From: an uncultured Candidatus Saccharibacteria bacterium
GTDB lineage: Bacteria; Patescibacteriota; Minisyncoccia; Phycocordibacterales; UBA9973
Reading direction: 5' to 3'
NCBI GenBank assembly: GCA_964441495.1
Contig: CAYTXV010000004.1
Span: forward strand, 210-64,209
DNA: 64,000 nucleotides
Part shown: one piece after another, positions 36,003-43,832 of the stretch
How the letters are laid out: the number at the start of each line of letters is the position of its first letter
Position numbering within the stretch: position 1 is the stretch's first letter
Program-made: the position numbers and the translations under genes
Notes under the pieces: generated by a model
The model's database searches: none
Told to the model about the DNA's origin: nothing
The model's input: only the letters and a program-made list of their open reading frames with translations

Positions 36003-36563
36003 TTATACCTTGTGGACAAGCACCACTACGCGTGCAGGGCGTAGGACACTGTCTCCGAGCATGAAGCCTTTTTGGATCACCTTTGCGACGGTGTGATCGC
36101 GGGTAGCGTCATCGGTTTCTTCTTCGCTGATCGCTTCGTACCGAGCTGGATCAAACGTGTCTCCTATCTCACCAAAGAGGACTAGTCCATGTCCACCAAG
36201 CGCACCCATGAGTTGATTGTAGATATACTCGACACCCGTGCGCCAGGTTGCATCTACCTTTTCCCACGTCTCCTTGTTGCTCATCGCCATCGAGAAGCTG
36301 TCTACTACAGGGATCATGTCTTCGATAAACTTTTCTGCAAAGAGTTCTTTGAAGCGCTTTTTGTCGTCTTCGGTTTGCTTCTGGAGGTTGGCGTAGTCTG
36401 CGCGTGCACGCTGCCAGCCGTCGAGGTACTCTTGCTTTTCTTTCTCAAGAGACTTGATCTTTTCTTGAAGTTTTTTGATTTTGTCAGAACCTGCGAGTTC
36501 GTCAGCGTCCTCATTGGACTCAACAAACTCTGGTTCTACTACTACATCGTTTTCTTCATCCAT
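36003..36563 (-). CDS. grpE: nucleotide exchange factor GrpE
   Basis: Acidic N-terminus, a long helix (KIKSLEKEKQEYLDGWQRARADYANL), and a C-terminal beta domain. Confidence 0.93.
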   Translation of the reverse strand: MDEENDVVVEPEFVESNEDADELAGSDKIKKLQEKIKSLEKEKQEYLDGWQRARADYANLQKQTEDDKKRFKELFAEKFIEDMIPVVDSFSMAMSNKETWEKVDATWRTGVEYIYNQLMGALGGHGLVLFGEIGDTFDPARYEAISEEETDDATRDHTVAKVIQKGFMLGDSVLRPARVVVLVHKV

Positions 36564-36627
36564 ACGGGCAGTATTATACCGATTTTTTGCAATAAAAAAA
36601 GCCTCGGACTGAGGCTGTAAGTTATGT

Positions 36628-36909
36628 TTACCGAAGTAAAGCTATGGAATCATTACGTTCCTGCCATGGACTAGGTTCATAATCTCCAGCTGGATCTAAA
36701 CCTAAAGTTAAGAATGTGGTGTATAAAAAAATTACAAAAGGAAACATGGCGATTCCTGCAATTTTTGCACCATCATTTTTAAACATTCCGTATACGATAA
36801 AAATGATAGAAACAGTAAGTCCAGCAAGATGAATACCGAGCCATACCATCCGGCGGTAGTACCTCGCATAGATAAGACCTGTCTTATCTATAATTTCGTC
36901 GTGTGTCAT
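36628..36909 (-). CDS. small 2-TM membrane protein
   Basis: Two hydrophobic helices. A terminator (AGCCTCAGTCCGAGGCTTTTTTT on the minus strand) follows the stop. Confidence 0.55.
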   Translation of the reverse strand: MTHDEIIDKTGLIYARYYRRMVWLGIHLAGLTVSIIFIVYGMFKNDGAKIAGIAMFPFVIFLYTTFLTLGLDPAGDYEPSPWQERNDSIALLR

Positions 36910-37033
36910 GAGCTTTTTTGATTCAAATTACAGTTTAAAGTTACGACTGTCAAGGTGTCCAATCTTAGTTCATTGTATTTTAAAATAAAAAAAGCCCGAC
37001 AATTCAGGCTTTTGGTTTTAAATAAGACAATTT

Positions 37034-37285
37034 TCAGTCTGTAGAAAAACGTGGATCACTTTCGAAATGATGAACAGTACCGTTCATCAAAACCTGAAAA
37101 TGTGATTTACATAAGTAAGTAGACAACTTAGGGGTTTCAGATGTTTTTTCATACATCTCTTTTTCTTCCGGAATATCTGGATTCCATAGATTCTCTTCAG
37201 TAACTTTGTGTGAAGCAAGTTCAGTGCAGTCTTTCTGCATACACTTAACTCCGAAACAAGTACGAGGGGTTAATTCGTTTGCCAT
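37034..37285 (-). CDS. small Cys-containing hypothetical protein
   Basis: C-x4-C-x4-C near the N-terminus (CFGVKCMQKDC) plus a later CKSH. Own TTGACA-type promoter and terminator. Confidence 0.5.
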   Translation of the reverse strand: MANELTPRTCFGVKCMQKDCTELASHKVTEENLWNPDIPEEKEMYEKTSETPKLSTYLCKSHFQVLMNGTVHHFESDPRFSTD

Positions 37286-37359
37286 ATTGTATTTTTATTC
37301 CAAAATACTCTTTCTTGAGTTTCTGTCAAGCAAAAAGCCCCTTTCGGGACCTTTCTGCT

Positions 37360-37764
37360 TTATCGTTTTGACCATTGGCCAGCCTTGCGAGCTTTTTTGA
37401 GACCGAACTTGCGTCGTTCCTTACTTCGAGGATCACGCTTCAAGAACCCTGCCTGCTTGAGCTTGGTCTTGTCAGCTTCGTCTTCGACGACGAGCGCGCG
37501 AGCGATGCCGTGACGGACTGCTTCAGCTTGTGCATGGATACCACCACCAGTTACTTTGACAGAGACAGTGTAGGTCGACTTGTCAGTTGTAGTAAATGGA
37601 TCGGTGACCACTTTTTGGAGTTCGTCTGTTGGGAAGTATACAGCGAGCTCTTTGTCGTTGATCACATAGCTCATCTTGGTAGCTGGAGTGATGCGAACGC
37701 GAGCACTTGCAGTCTTGCGACGGCCGATGGTTTCGATGTATTTCTTTTTGTCAGTTGTTGCCAT
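37360..37764 (-). CDS. rpsI: 30S ribosomal protein S9
   Basis: C-terminus RKFGLKKARKAGQWSKR. Follows rplM. Confidence 0.96.
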   Translation of the reverse strand: MATTDKKKYIETIGRRKTASARVRITPATKMSYVINDKELAVYFPTDELQKVVTDPFTTTDKSTYTVSVKVTGGGIHAQAEAVRHGIARALVVEDEADKTKLKQAGFLKRDPRSKERRKFGLKKARKAGQWSKR

Positions 37765-37769
37765 AGAAG

Positions 37770-38114
37770 TTATTCGGTGATAGTTAGGTGTTTGAGCATG
37801 TCTTTGCGCAGACGATTGTCAGGGAGCATGCCACGGACAGCGTGCATCACTACCTCACGATAGCCCTTGGTGTCGATCACCTTGGCCATGGTGCGCTCCT
37901 TGAGTCCACCTGGATATCCTGAGAATGACAAGTAGGTCTTTTCAAGTTTCTTTTCTGGGCGCATCTTGAGCTTGGATGCGTTGGTAACGGTCACTGAGTT
38001 GCCTGAGAGTGCGTTGCGTGCAAAAGACGGGTCGTTTTTGCCCATGAGGATGGTTGCAACCTCTGTTGCGAGGCGTCCAAGTGATTTGTTTGTTGCGTCG
38101 ATGGTGTAGTTCAT
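37770..38114 (-). CDS. rplM: 50S ribosomal protein L13 (short form)
   Basis: LGRLATEVATILMGK...YLSFSGYPGGLKE...AVRGMLP. Confidence 0.94.
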   Translation of the reverse strand: MNYTIDATNKSLGRLATEVATILMGKNDPSFARNALSGNSVTVTNASKLKMRPEKKLEKTYLSFSGYPGGLKERTMAKVIDTKGYREVVMHAVRGMLPDNRLRKDMLKHLTITE

Positions 38115-38118
38115 AGGA

Positions 38119-38472
38119 TTATATAAATTCGATCATTGCCATAGGAGAGCCGTCACTCTTGCGCTGCACTATCTTGGTGATGCGAGTGTAGCCACCTGCA
38201 CGATCTGTGTACTTGGGAGCGATGTCGGCAATGAGTTTGCTGACAACCGCTTCGTTGTTGTACAGACCAGAGAGGAGGAGGCGTCGGTTTGCAAGCGTTG
38301 GATTCTTGGCCTTGGTGACGAGCTTCTCAACCTTTGGCCGGATTTCCTTTGCCTTTGCTTCAGTTGTAAGGATACGACCGTGCTCAATGAGAGACGCAGC
38401 AAGACCACGAAGCAGTGCTACTCGGGCATTCTTTTCTCGGCCAAATTTTCGGGTGTTGTCGTGGTGTCGCAT
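38119..38472 (-). CDS. rplQ: 50S ribosomal protein L17
   Basis: MRHHDNTRKFGREKNARVALLRGLAASLIEHGRILTT. Follows rpoA. Confidence 0.96.
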   Translation of the reverse strand: MRHHDNTRKFGREKNARVALLRGLAASLIEHGRILTTEAKAKEIRPKVEKLVTKAKNPTLANRRLLLSGLYNNEAVVSKLIADIAPKYTDRAGGYTRITKIVQRKSDGSPMAMIEFI

Positions 38473-38494
38473 AAGAGTACTCTGTTATACCGTA

Positions 38495-39505
38495 TTAGTC
38501 CTTCAAAGACAAGTCGAAGGCAGCAAGCGCTTCTTTGATCTCGGTGATCCCCTTGTCGCCGATACCGTCGATCTCGAGGAGGTCGCTGACATGTTTGCGG
38601 GCGATGCCGCCAACAGTACGGATGTTTGCAGCGGTGAGGGCGTTGAGTGTACGAGTTGAAAGTCCGATAGAATCAATACGGTTTTTGAGAACATCAGTCA
38701 CATCAACATTGTCTTCTGATGATTCTTCAACTGATCCGTCTGCACCTTCAGTACTCTCAGCAAACACAGGAGCTTTCATTGCCATGCGAGACTGTACTTC
38801 ATCGATTGTACCTTGTGCAGAGACTTCCACTACTGCAGCAAGCTGTTCAATCATGATGCGAACTGACTGCTCGAGTGCTTGTCGAGGAGTGATAGTACCA
38901 TCAGTTTCGATAGTCATACGCAAACGGTTAAAGTTGGTCTTGTCGCCAACACGCATTTCTTCGACGTCATATGATACGCGTCGGATTGGAGAAAAGACAG
39001 CATCGAGAAAGATAGTACCGATATCAGCCTTTTGCTTGTGGTGTGCTTCACGAGTGACAAAGCCGAGGCCGTGTTCAACGGTAAGCTCAACATCGAGTGT
39101 TGTTTTGCCAGTAAGCTCGCAGATGTACTGATCAGGATTTGCGACAGATACTGCACCCTTTGCACCGATATCTGCAGCAGTAACAACCTTTGGACCTTTT
39201 ACAGAAAAGTGTACTTTTTGTGGTTCTGGGGTCGTGAGTGAGAAACGAACGTTTTTGAGATTCAAAAGGAGTGTGATCACGTCTTCTTTGACGCCATCGA
39301 TCGTTGCGAACTCGTGGCTTACGCCGTCAATCTTGACCGCAGTGACTGCAGCACCAGGAAGTGATGAGAGGATAATGCGGCGAAGTGAGTTGCCGAGTGT
39401 GTAGCCGTAGCCTGGTACGAGACCGTCTATTTCGAACACGCCCTTAGTGCCTTCTTCTAGGGTTGCTCGTGGTTTTGATGGGAGGATGATGTTTTGTTCA
39501 CTCAT
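38495..39505 (-). CDS. rpoA: DNA-directed RNA polymerase subunit alpha
   Basis: N-terminal-domain motif GYGYTLGNSLRRILLSS and a C-terminal-domain HhH region (LSTRTLNALTAANIRTVGGI). Confidence 0.97.
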   Translation of the reverse strand: MSEQNIILPSKPRATLEEGTKGVFEIDGLVPGYGYTLGNSLRRIILSSLPGAAVTAVKIDGVSHEFATIDGVKEDVITLLLNLKNVRFSLTTPEPQKVHFSVKGPKVVTAADIGAKGAVSVANPDQYICELTGKTTLDVELTVEHGLGFVTREAHHKQKADIGTIFLDAVFSPIRRVSYDVEEMRVGDKTNFNRLRMTIETDGTITPRQALEQSVRIMIEQLAAVVEVSAQGTIDEVQSRMAMKAPVFAESTEGADGSVEESSEDNVDVTDVLKNRIDSIGLSTRTLNALTAANIRTVGGIARKHVSDLLEIDGIGDKGITEIKEALAAFDLSLKD

Positions 39506-39552
39506 AGGAAGTATATTGTACCATTAATTTGTAAAAACTCCTAACATGTGTT

Positions 39553-40155
39553 CTAACGACTGTAGAACTCAAGCACGGTTTCGAGCTGCAAGAAGTGCTC
39601 GTCGTGCGTTGGTTTTGCGACTACTTCAGCCTGGAGTGACTCAGGGGTAAACTTGAGCCAGTTTGGCCACTGGTAGCTTTCGAGCTTCTTTTTCATATCT
39701 GCGAACAATGGACTCTTGCGTGATCCTTCTCGTACTGCAACGACATCACCGACACGAACTTCGTATGATGGAATCGTAACCTTGGTACCACCAACTGTGA
39801 TGTGTCCGTGAGACACGAGCTGGCGAGCAAGGCGACGAGTCGATGCGAGTCCGAGGCGGTACACGACGTTGTCGAGACGTGATTCGAGGAGTTGAGTGAG
39901 CTTTTCTGTTACAGAGATGCCTTTCACAGCACTTGCCTTTGCAACGTAGTTGGAGAGCTGACGTTCTGAGATACCGTATGAGAAACGAACTTTTTGCTTT
40001 TCGATAAGCTGGCGACCGTAGTCAGAGAGCTGTTTTGGACGCTTGCCAGTAGATGACTTCTTGGTTTCAGAAGCTGTGAACTTTTGAGTCTGGCATTTTT
40101 CAAATACTCCAGATCCAAGACGACGACACATTTTGTACTTTGCTGATACTTTCAT
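39553..40155 (-). CDS. rpsD: 30S ribosomal protein S4
   Basis: Has an S4 domain (RLDNVVYRLGLASTRRLARQLVSHGHI). Confidence 0.96.
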   Translation of the reverse strand: MKVSAKYKMCRRLGSGVFEKCQTQKFTASETKKSSTGKRPKQLSDYGRQLIEKQKVRFSYGISERQLSNYVAKASAVKGISVTEKLTQLLESRLDNVVYRLGLASTRRLARQLVSHGHITVGGTKVTIPSYEVRVGDVVAVREGSRKSPLFADMKKKLESYQWPNWLKFTPESLQAEVVAKPTHDEHFLQLETVLEFYSR

Positions 40156-40167
40156 ATAAAACTCTGA

Positions 40168-40602
40168 TTAAACTCTTCGTGGCTTCTTAGGCTTCGGACC
40201 ATTGTGTGGGACCGGGGTGTGGTCTTTGACCGAAAGGAGCTCAATACCGGTACCGATAAATGCTCGGATAAGCGGCTCTCGACCACTTCCAACTCCTTTG
40301 ACAACTGCGTGCACCTCTTTGATACCCGCGGTTGTTGCCTTTTCAGCAAGGATTTCTCCTACCTTTGAAGCAGCAAACGGGGTTCCCTTCTTTGCACCCT
40401 TAAATCCAAGTGAGCCTGATGAAGACCAAAAGAGTACATTACCCTTGGTGTCACTGACCACTGCCTTGGTGTTGTTAAAAGTTGCCTCGATAGAAAGCAT
40501 CGCTGTAGTGAGCTTTTTCTTGGCAGTACGCGCGACTGCTCGGCCACGCTTTTCTGCGTCAACGAGCTGTCCTTCTTGTGTTGCAATTCGTTTTTTTCCC
40601 AT
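40168..40602 (-). CDS. rpsK: 30S ribosomal protein S11
   Basis: NNTKAVVSDTKGNVLFWSSSGSLGFKGAKKGTPFAA...PHNGPKPKKPRRV. Confidence 0.97.
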   Translation of the reverse strand: MGKKRIATQEGQLVDAEKRGRAVARTAKKKLTTAMLSIEATFNNTKAVVSDTKGNVLFWSSSGSLGFKGAKKGTPFAASKVGEILAEKATTAGIKEVHAVVKGVGSGREPLIRAFIGTGIELLSVKDHTPVPHNGPKPKKPRRV

Positions 40603-40608
40603 AGGTGA

Positions 40609-40989
40609 TTATGTTTTACTTTCCTTACGACGACCACTACCCATCGTGTTGCGGACGTTGCCGCGCACGGTGCGAGAGTTGGTCTTGGTACGTTGACCCT
40701 TAACTGGCAATCGGCGCATGTGACGAACGCCACGGTATGCCTTGATATCTTTGAGGCGCTTGATATTTGCAGCGATCTCACGCTTGAGGTTTCCTTCGAT
40801 AGTACGCTCTTCGATGAGTTTGCGGATCTCGTTCTCCTGGTCGATACTGAGATCTTTTGCTTTGACAGAAGGAGCAACACCAACCTGCTTGAGGATCTTG
40901 GTAGCAGTTGCAGTCCCGATACCGTAAAGGGTCGTGAGACCTACATCGAGGCGCTTTTCATTGGGGATAGTTATACCGAGGATACGCAT
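40609..40989 (-). CDS. rpsM: 30S ribosomal protein S13
   Basis: MRILGITIPNEKRLDVGLTTLYGIGTATA...YRGVRHMRRLPVKGQRTKTN. Confidence 0.97.
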   Translation of the reverse strand: MRILGITIPNEKRLDVGLTTLYGIGTATATKILKQVGVAPSVKAKDLSIDQENEIRKLIEERTIEGNLKREIAANIKRLKDIKAYRGVRHMRRLPVKGQRTKTNSRTVRGNVRNTMGSGRRKESKT

Positions 40990-40991
40990 GA

Positions 40992-41102
40992 TTATTGTTT
41001 CTGTTTATGTTTAGGGTTATCACAAATCACGACCAAGTGACGATTGCGTTTTACAATCTTGCACTTGTCACACATTTTCTTGACGGTTGATCGAATCTTC
41101 AT
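40992..41102 (-). CDS. rpmJ: 50S ribosomal protein L36
   Basis: Hand translation gives [36 protein letters not shown] (36 aa, below the ORF-track cutoff), in the canonical position between infA and rpsM. Confidence 0.92.
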   Translation of the reverse strand: MKIRSTVKKMCDKCKIVKRNRHLVVICDNPKHKQKQ

Positions 41103-41141
41103 GATTGTATAAAAATTTGGGGCGGGGTGAGTATACACTAC

Positions 41142-41348
41142 TTATCCGCGTCTGACAATACGTCCTTTTCCACCGTACGGATCAATGACGACATCAACAG
41201 TGTCCCCGATCAAAACCTTGATTCGGTGCAACCGCATTTTGCCTGCCAGATACGCAACGATAGTTTCTCCGCTTTCAAGCGTGACGCGAAACATCGTGTT
41301 GGGCAATGCCTCCAGGACTGTTGCTTTGACTACTGTTTCTGCTGCCAT
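41142..41348 (-). CDS. infA: translation initiation factor IF-1
   Basis: S1-like fold: VLEALPNTMFRVTLESGETIVAYLAGKMRLHRIKVLIGDTV. Confidence 0.95.
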   Translation of the reverse strand: MAAETVVKATVLEALPNTMFRVTLESGETIVAYLAGKMRLHRIKVLIGDTVDVVIDPYGGKGRIVRRG

Positions 41349-41393
41349 GAGAGATAGAACCCTATAATACTATAGACGAAATCTTTGGTCAAC

Positions 41394-42644
41394 TTATTGG
41401 ATCTGTACATCGATACGCTTGTCCATACTCGGAAACAGTGGTGCCCAAAATGGATAGAAATGATACTCGGCACTATCAATCTCTGGGATGGTCCCGAGGA
41501 CGGTACCAAATGCACCCTTGGGGGTACCGACAAGTGATTCTTTGATGAGATCGAGAGAGGCTTTTGCGATGATGGTAGCATCTCCTGATATGCGAACTCT
41601 GATACTTGGAGGGACATCTTCGGGGCGACTATCAAGCGCAGTTACTGGGGTGACTGTAAGGCTTGCAAGTGCAGGTATCGTCACCTGAGCATAGCCTTTG
41701 TCATGGAGGACGTGTTGTGCGATTGCGGTTTCGAGCAGTGCCCGCGGGATAAGGTAGGTTGTCATTGAACCTTTGATACTCGCTGGAAATTTGATGCTTT
41801 CCCCGTGCAGCACGAGGGAGCTTGAATCGATTGTTGTGATTTGTAAGTCTGGAAATGTGATGAGGTCTGGAGGGATTTGGCTTCGTGTTTCTCTCTTGAG
41901 ACGCTCTATGAGCTGGTTTTGTAGTGCAGCAATGACATCTGGCTCGTCCTTTTTGGACACAGAGTGGCGCATACCATCCTCTCCACCAGTGATTGCTCCA
42001 GAGGACTGAGCATAGAGAGTCTTGCCCCAACCAGCTACGCTAAACGTTGTCCCTTGAGAGTTTGAACTTGGGCCCACCGCTGTTGCGACAACTGGTACCG
42101 CGACTGAGGTTCCTGCGGTTTTTACCTTGTTTTTGATTGTATACCCTGGGACAGTGACCGCTTTTGTTGTTTGGTACTTCTTACCCTCTTTGGAGGTTAG
42201 TGTGGTTTTGGCTTTGATTGTCTGAGGTTTGGTACTGTATTCGTTAAAAAATACAACGTTTCCTTTTGCATAACTTGTACTTTGTGCAACCTCTGAACCA
42301 TACACCTGACGCGACACTTCAGCAGAAACAACCATAGTTTGGAACGAGAGGCGACCCTCACCTTCTTTACCTTCATGAACAAGCTCAAATTCTGCTCCAT
42401 CAAGTGAAAATGGGATGGTACGCTCTTTGACGACGACTTTTGCATGGGCAAACTTCATACCGATAACATACAGAAGTGCAAAAAAGATGAGCACAAGCGC
42501 GATCACACCGATCTTTTTCCATGAGACGTGCCTGTGAGTGGTGATGAGAGGTTTGCGAGAAGGCTTTTCTTGTTGCGGTGAAGGCTTTGACTCTGGTACC
42601 TCTTCTCCCAACTCTTCTTTTCTGATAACGTCGTAGAGCTTCAT
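41394..42644 (-). CDS. membrane-anchored hypothetical protein (partner of the actin-fold ATPase upstream)
   Basis: Cytoplasmic P/E/K-rich N-terminus, one TM helix (IGVIALVLIFFALLYVIGM), and a large extracytoplasmic beta-rich region. No known motif. Confidence 0.6.
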   Translation of the reverse strand: MKLYDVIRKEELGEEVPESKPSPQQEKPSRKPLITTHRHVSWKKIGVIALVLIFFALLYVIGMKFAHAKVVVKERTIPFSLDGAEFELVHEGKEGEGRLSFQTMVVSAEVSRQVYGSEVAQSTSYAKGNVVFFNEYSTKPQTIKAKTTLTSKEGKKYQTTKAVTVPGYTIKNKVKTAGTSVAVPVVATAVGPSSNSQGTTFSVAGWGKTLYAQSSGAITGGEDGMRHSVSKKDEPDVIAALQNQLIERLKRETRSQIPPDLITFPDLQITTIDSSSLVLHGESIKFPASIKGSMTTYLIPRALLETAIAQHVLHDKGYAQVTIPALASLTVTPVTALDSRPEDVPPSIRVRISGDATIIAKASLDLIKESLVGTPKGAFGTVLGTIPEIDSAEYHFYPFWAPLFPSMDKRIDVQIQ

Positions 42645-42662
42645 AGATACTAGTATACAAGA

Positions 42663-43820
42663 TTATACAAGACGCTCAGCAAATACCGCACCGATCGCAA
42701 GTGGAATATCTATCGGCATATGGTCGCTGACCCCAATCGCTGTACCGAGTGTTGATTCGTCGACATAGATAACGATAGGTTCTATGCGGCCACAACTATG
42801 CTTGATGATTGGATCCTTTTGTATGACGCCGGTATATATCGCCTCAAATCGCTCGTGCGCAACGAGAAGTATCTGGTGCGGGATACACCACCCATAGTGA
42901 CCTGTTTCGAGAACCTGCTCGAGCCCCTTTTGCCACTCCTTGCTATAGGTAGTGATTGCTCGCTCGACGCGCTTTTTGGTTTGCGGAGCAACTTTGCCGA
43001 GGCGATAACCTTCAAGGAGTGCTCGTGATTCGTGAATGATATCACTACCCTGCTTTGCAAGTGCGCGGTAGAGTCCAAATGTACCGACTGGGAACGAGTG
43101 CTGGTACGCCAGCATACCGTCTTTGACAAAGGCAACATCAGTGACTTCTTCACCGACGTCTACAATCATGCAAGTACTCTCGATCGGGAGCCTGTCTCTG
43201 CCGACAATGAACGTCGTAAACGCACCTGTTGTATAGCGTATCGGTCGAGCTCCATAGGCGCGTTTGATGGTATCAGTAAAGACATCGAGGATCCCCTTGG
43301 GTGCAATAGTGACGATAAGTGTACACTCAAGTGTTGTTGCTTGTTTGCCGTACGGAGTATGGGTAAGGTATCCATTGAGCTTGATACCCGAGATTTGCTT
43401 CTCGATGATGAGCGACTCTTTGCCATAGGGACCAAAGGGTCCATCGCTTTGCATGATATGAGCAATCTCGGCATCGATGAGAGATTCGATGAACTTTTTG
43501 GTACAGGTAAATGGCTTGTCTTTGCGGTAGGTGATAGTACGGGTTTGGGATGTATACCATGGTGAGGCAAGGACAACCTGTACCACAGAAGGTTTGTGTA
43601 GATCACGGGTGTGTATATCGGCGATGACCTGCTCGAGTGCTCCTGTAGTCTTGCCAACAAAGCGTTTGATATCGATGTCTTCGCTGATGACAGACTCTAC
43701 GCGAGACGATGCCAGCATGAGTGCGTTGGGGCACACCTCTTTGCGCAGGAGTACATGTGCACCTCCAACAGAACTTGAACTAATATCAAAAACTGCAAAC
43801 ACGTGTTCGTGTGACGACAT
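42663..43820 (-). CDS. actin-fold (ASKHA) ATPase, PilM/FtsA-like
   Basis: Phosphate-1-like FAVFDISSSSVGGA and phosphate-2-like MIVDVGEEVTDVAFV. About 385 aa. Confidence 0.6.
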   Translation of the reverse strand: MSSHEHVFAVFDISSSSVGGAHVLLRKEVCPNALMLASSRVESVISEDIDIKRFVGKTTGALEQVIADIHTRDLHKPSVVQVVLASPWYTSQTRTITYRKDKPFTCTKKFIESLIDAEIAHIMQSDGPFGPYGKESLIIEKQISGIKLNGYLTHTPYGKQATTLECTLIVTIAPKGILDVFTDTIKRAYGARPIRYTTGAFTTFIVGRDRLPIESTCMIVDVGEEVTDVAFVKDGMLAYQHSFPVGTFGLYRALAKQGSDIIHESRALLEGYRLGKVAPQTKKRVERAITTYSKEWQKGLEQVLETGHYGWCIPHQILLVAHERFEAIYTGVIQKDPIIKHSCGRIEPIVIYVDESTLGTAIGVSDHMPIDIPLAIGAVFAERLV

Positions 43821-43832
43821 GTCACAAGTATA

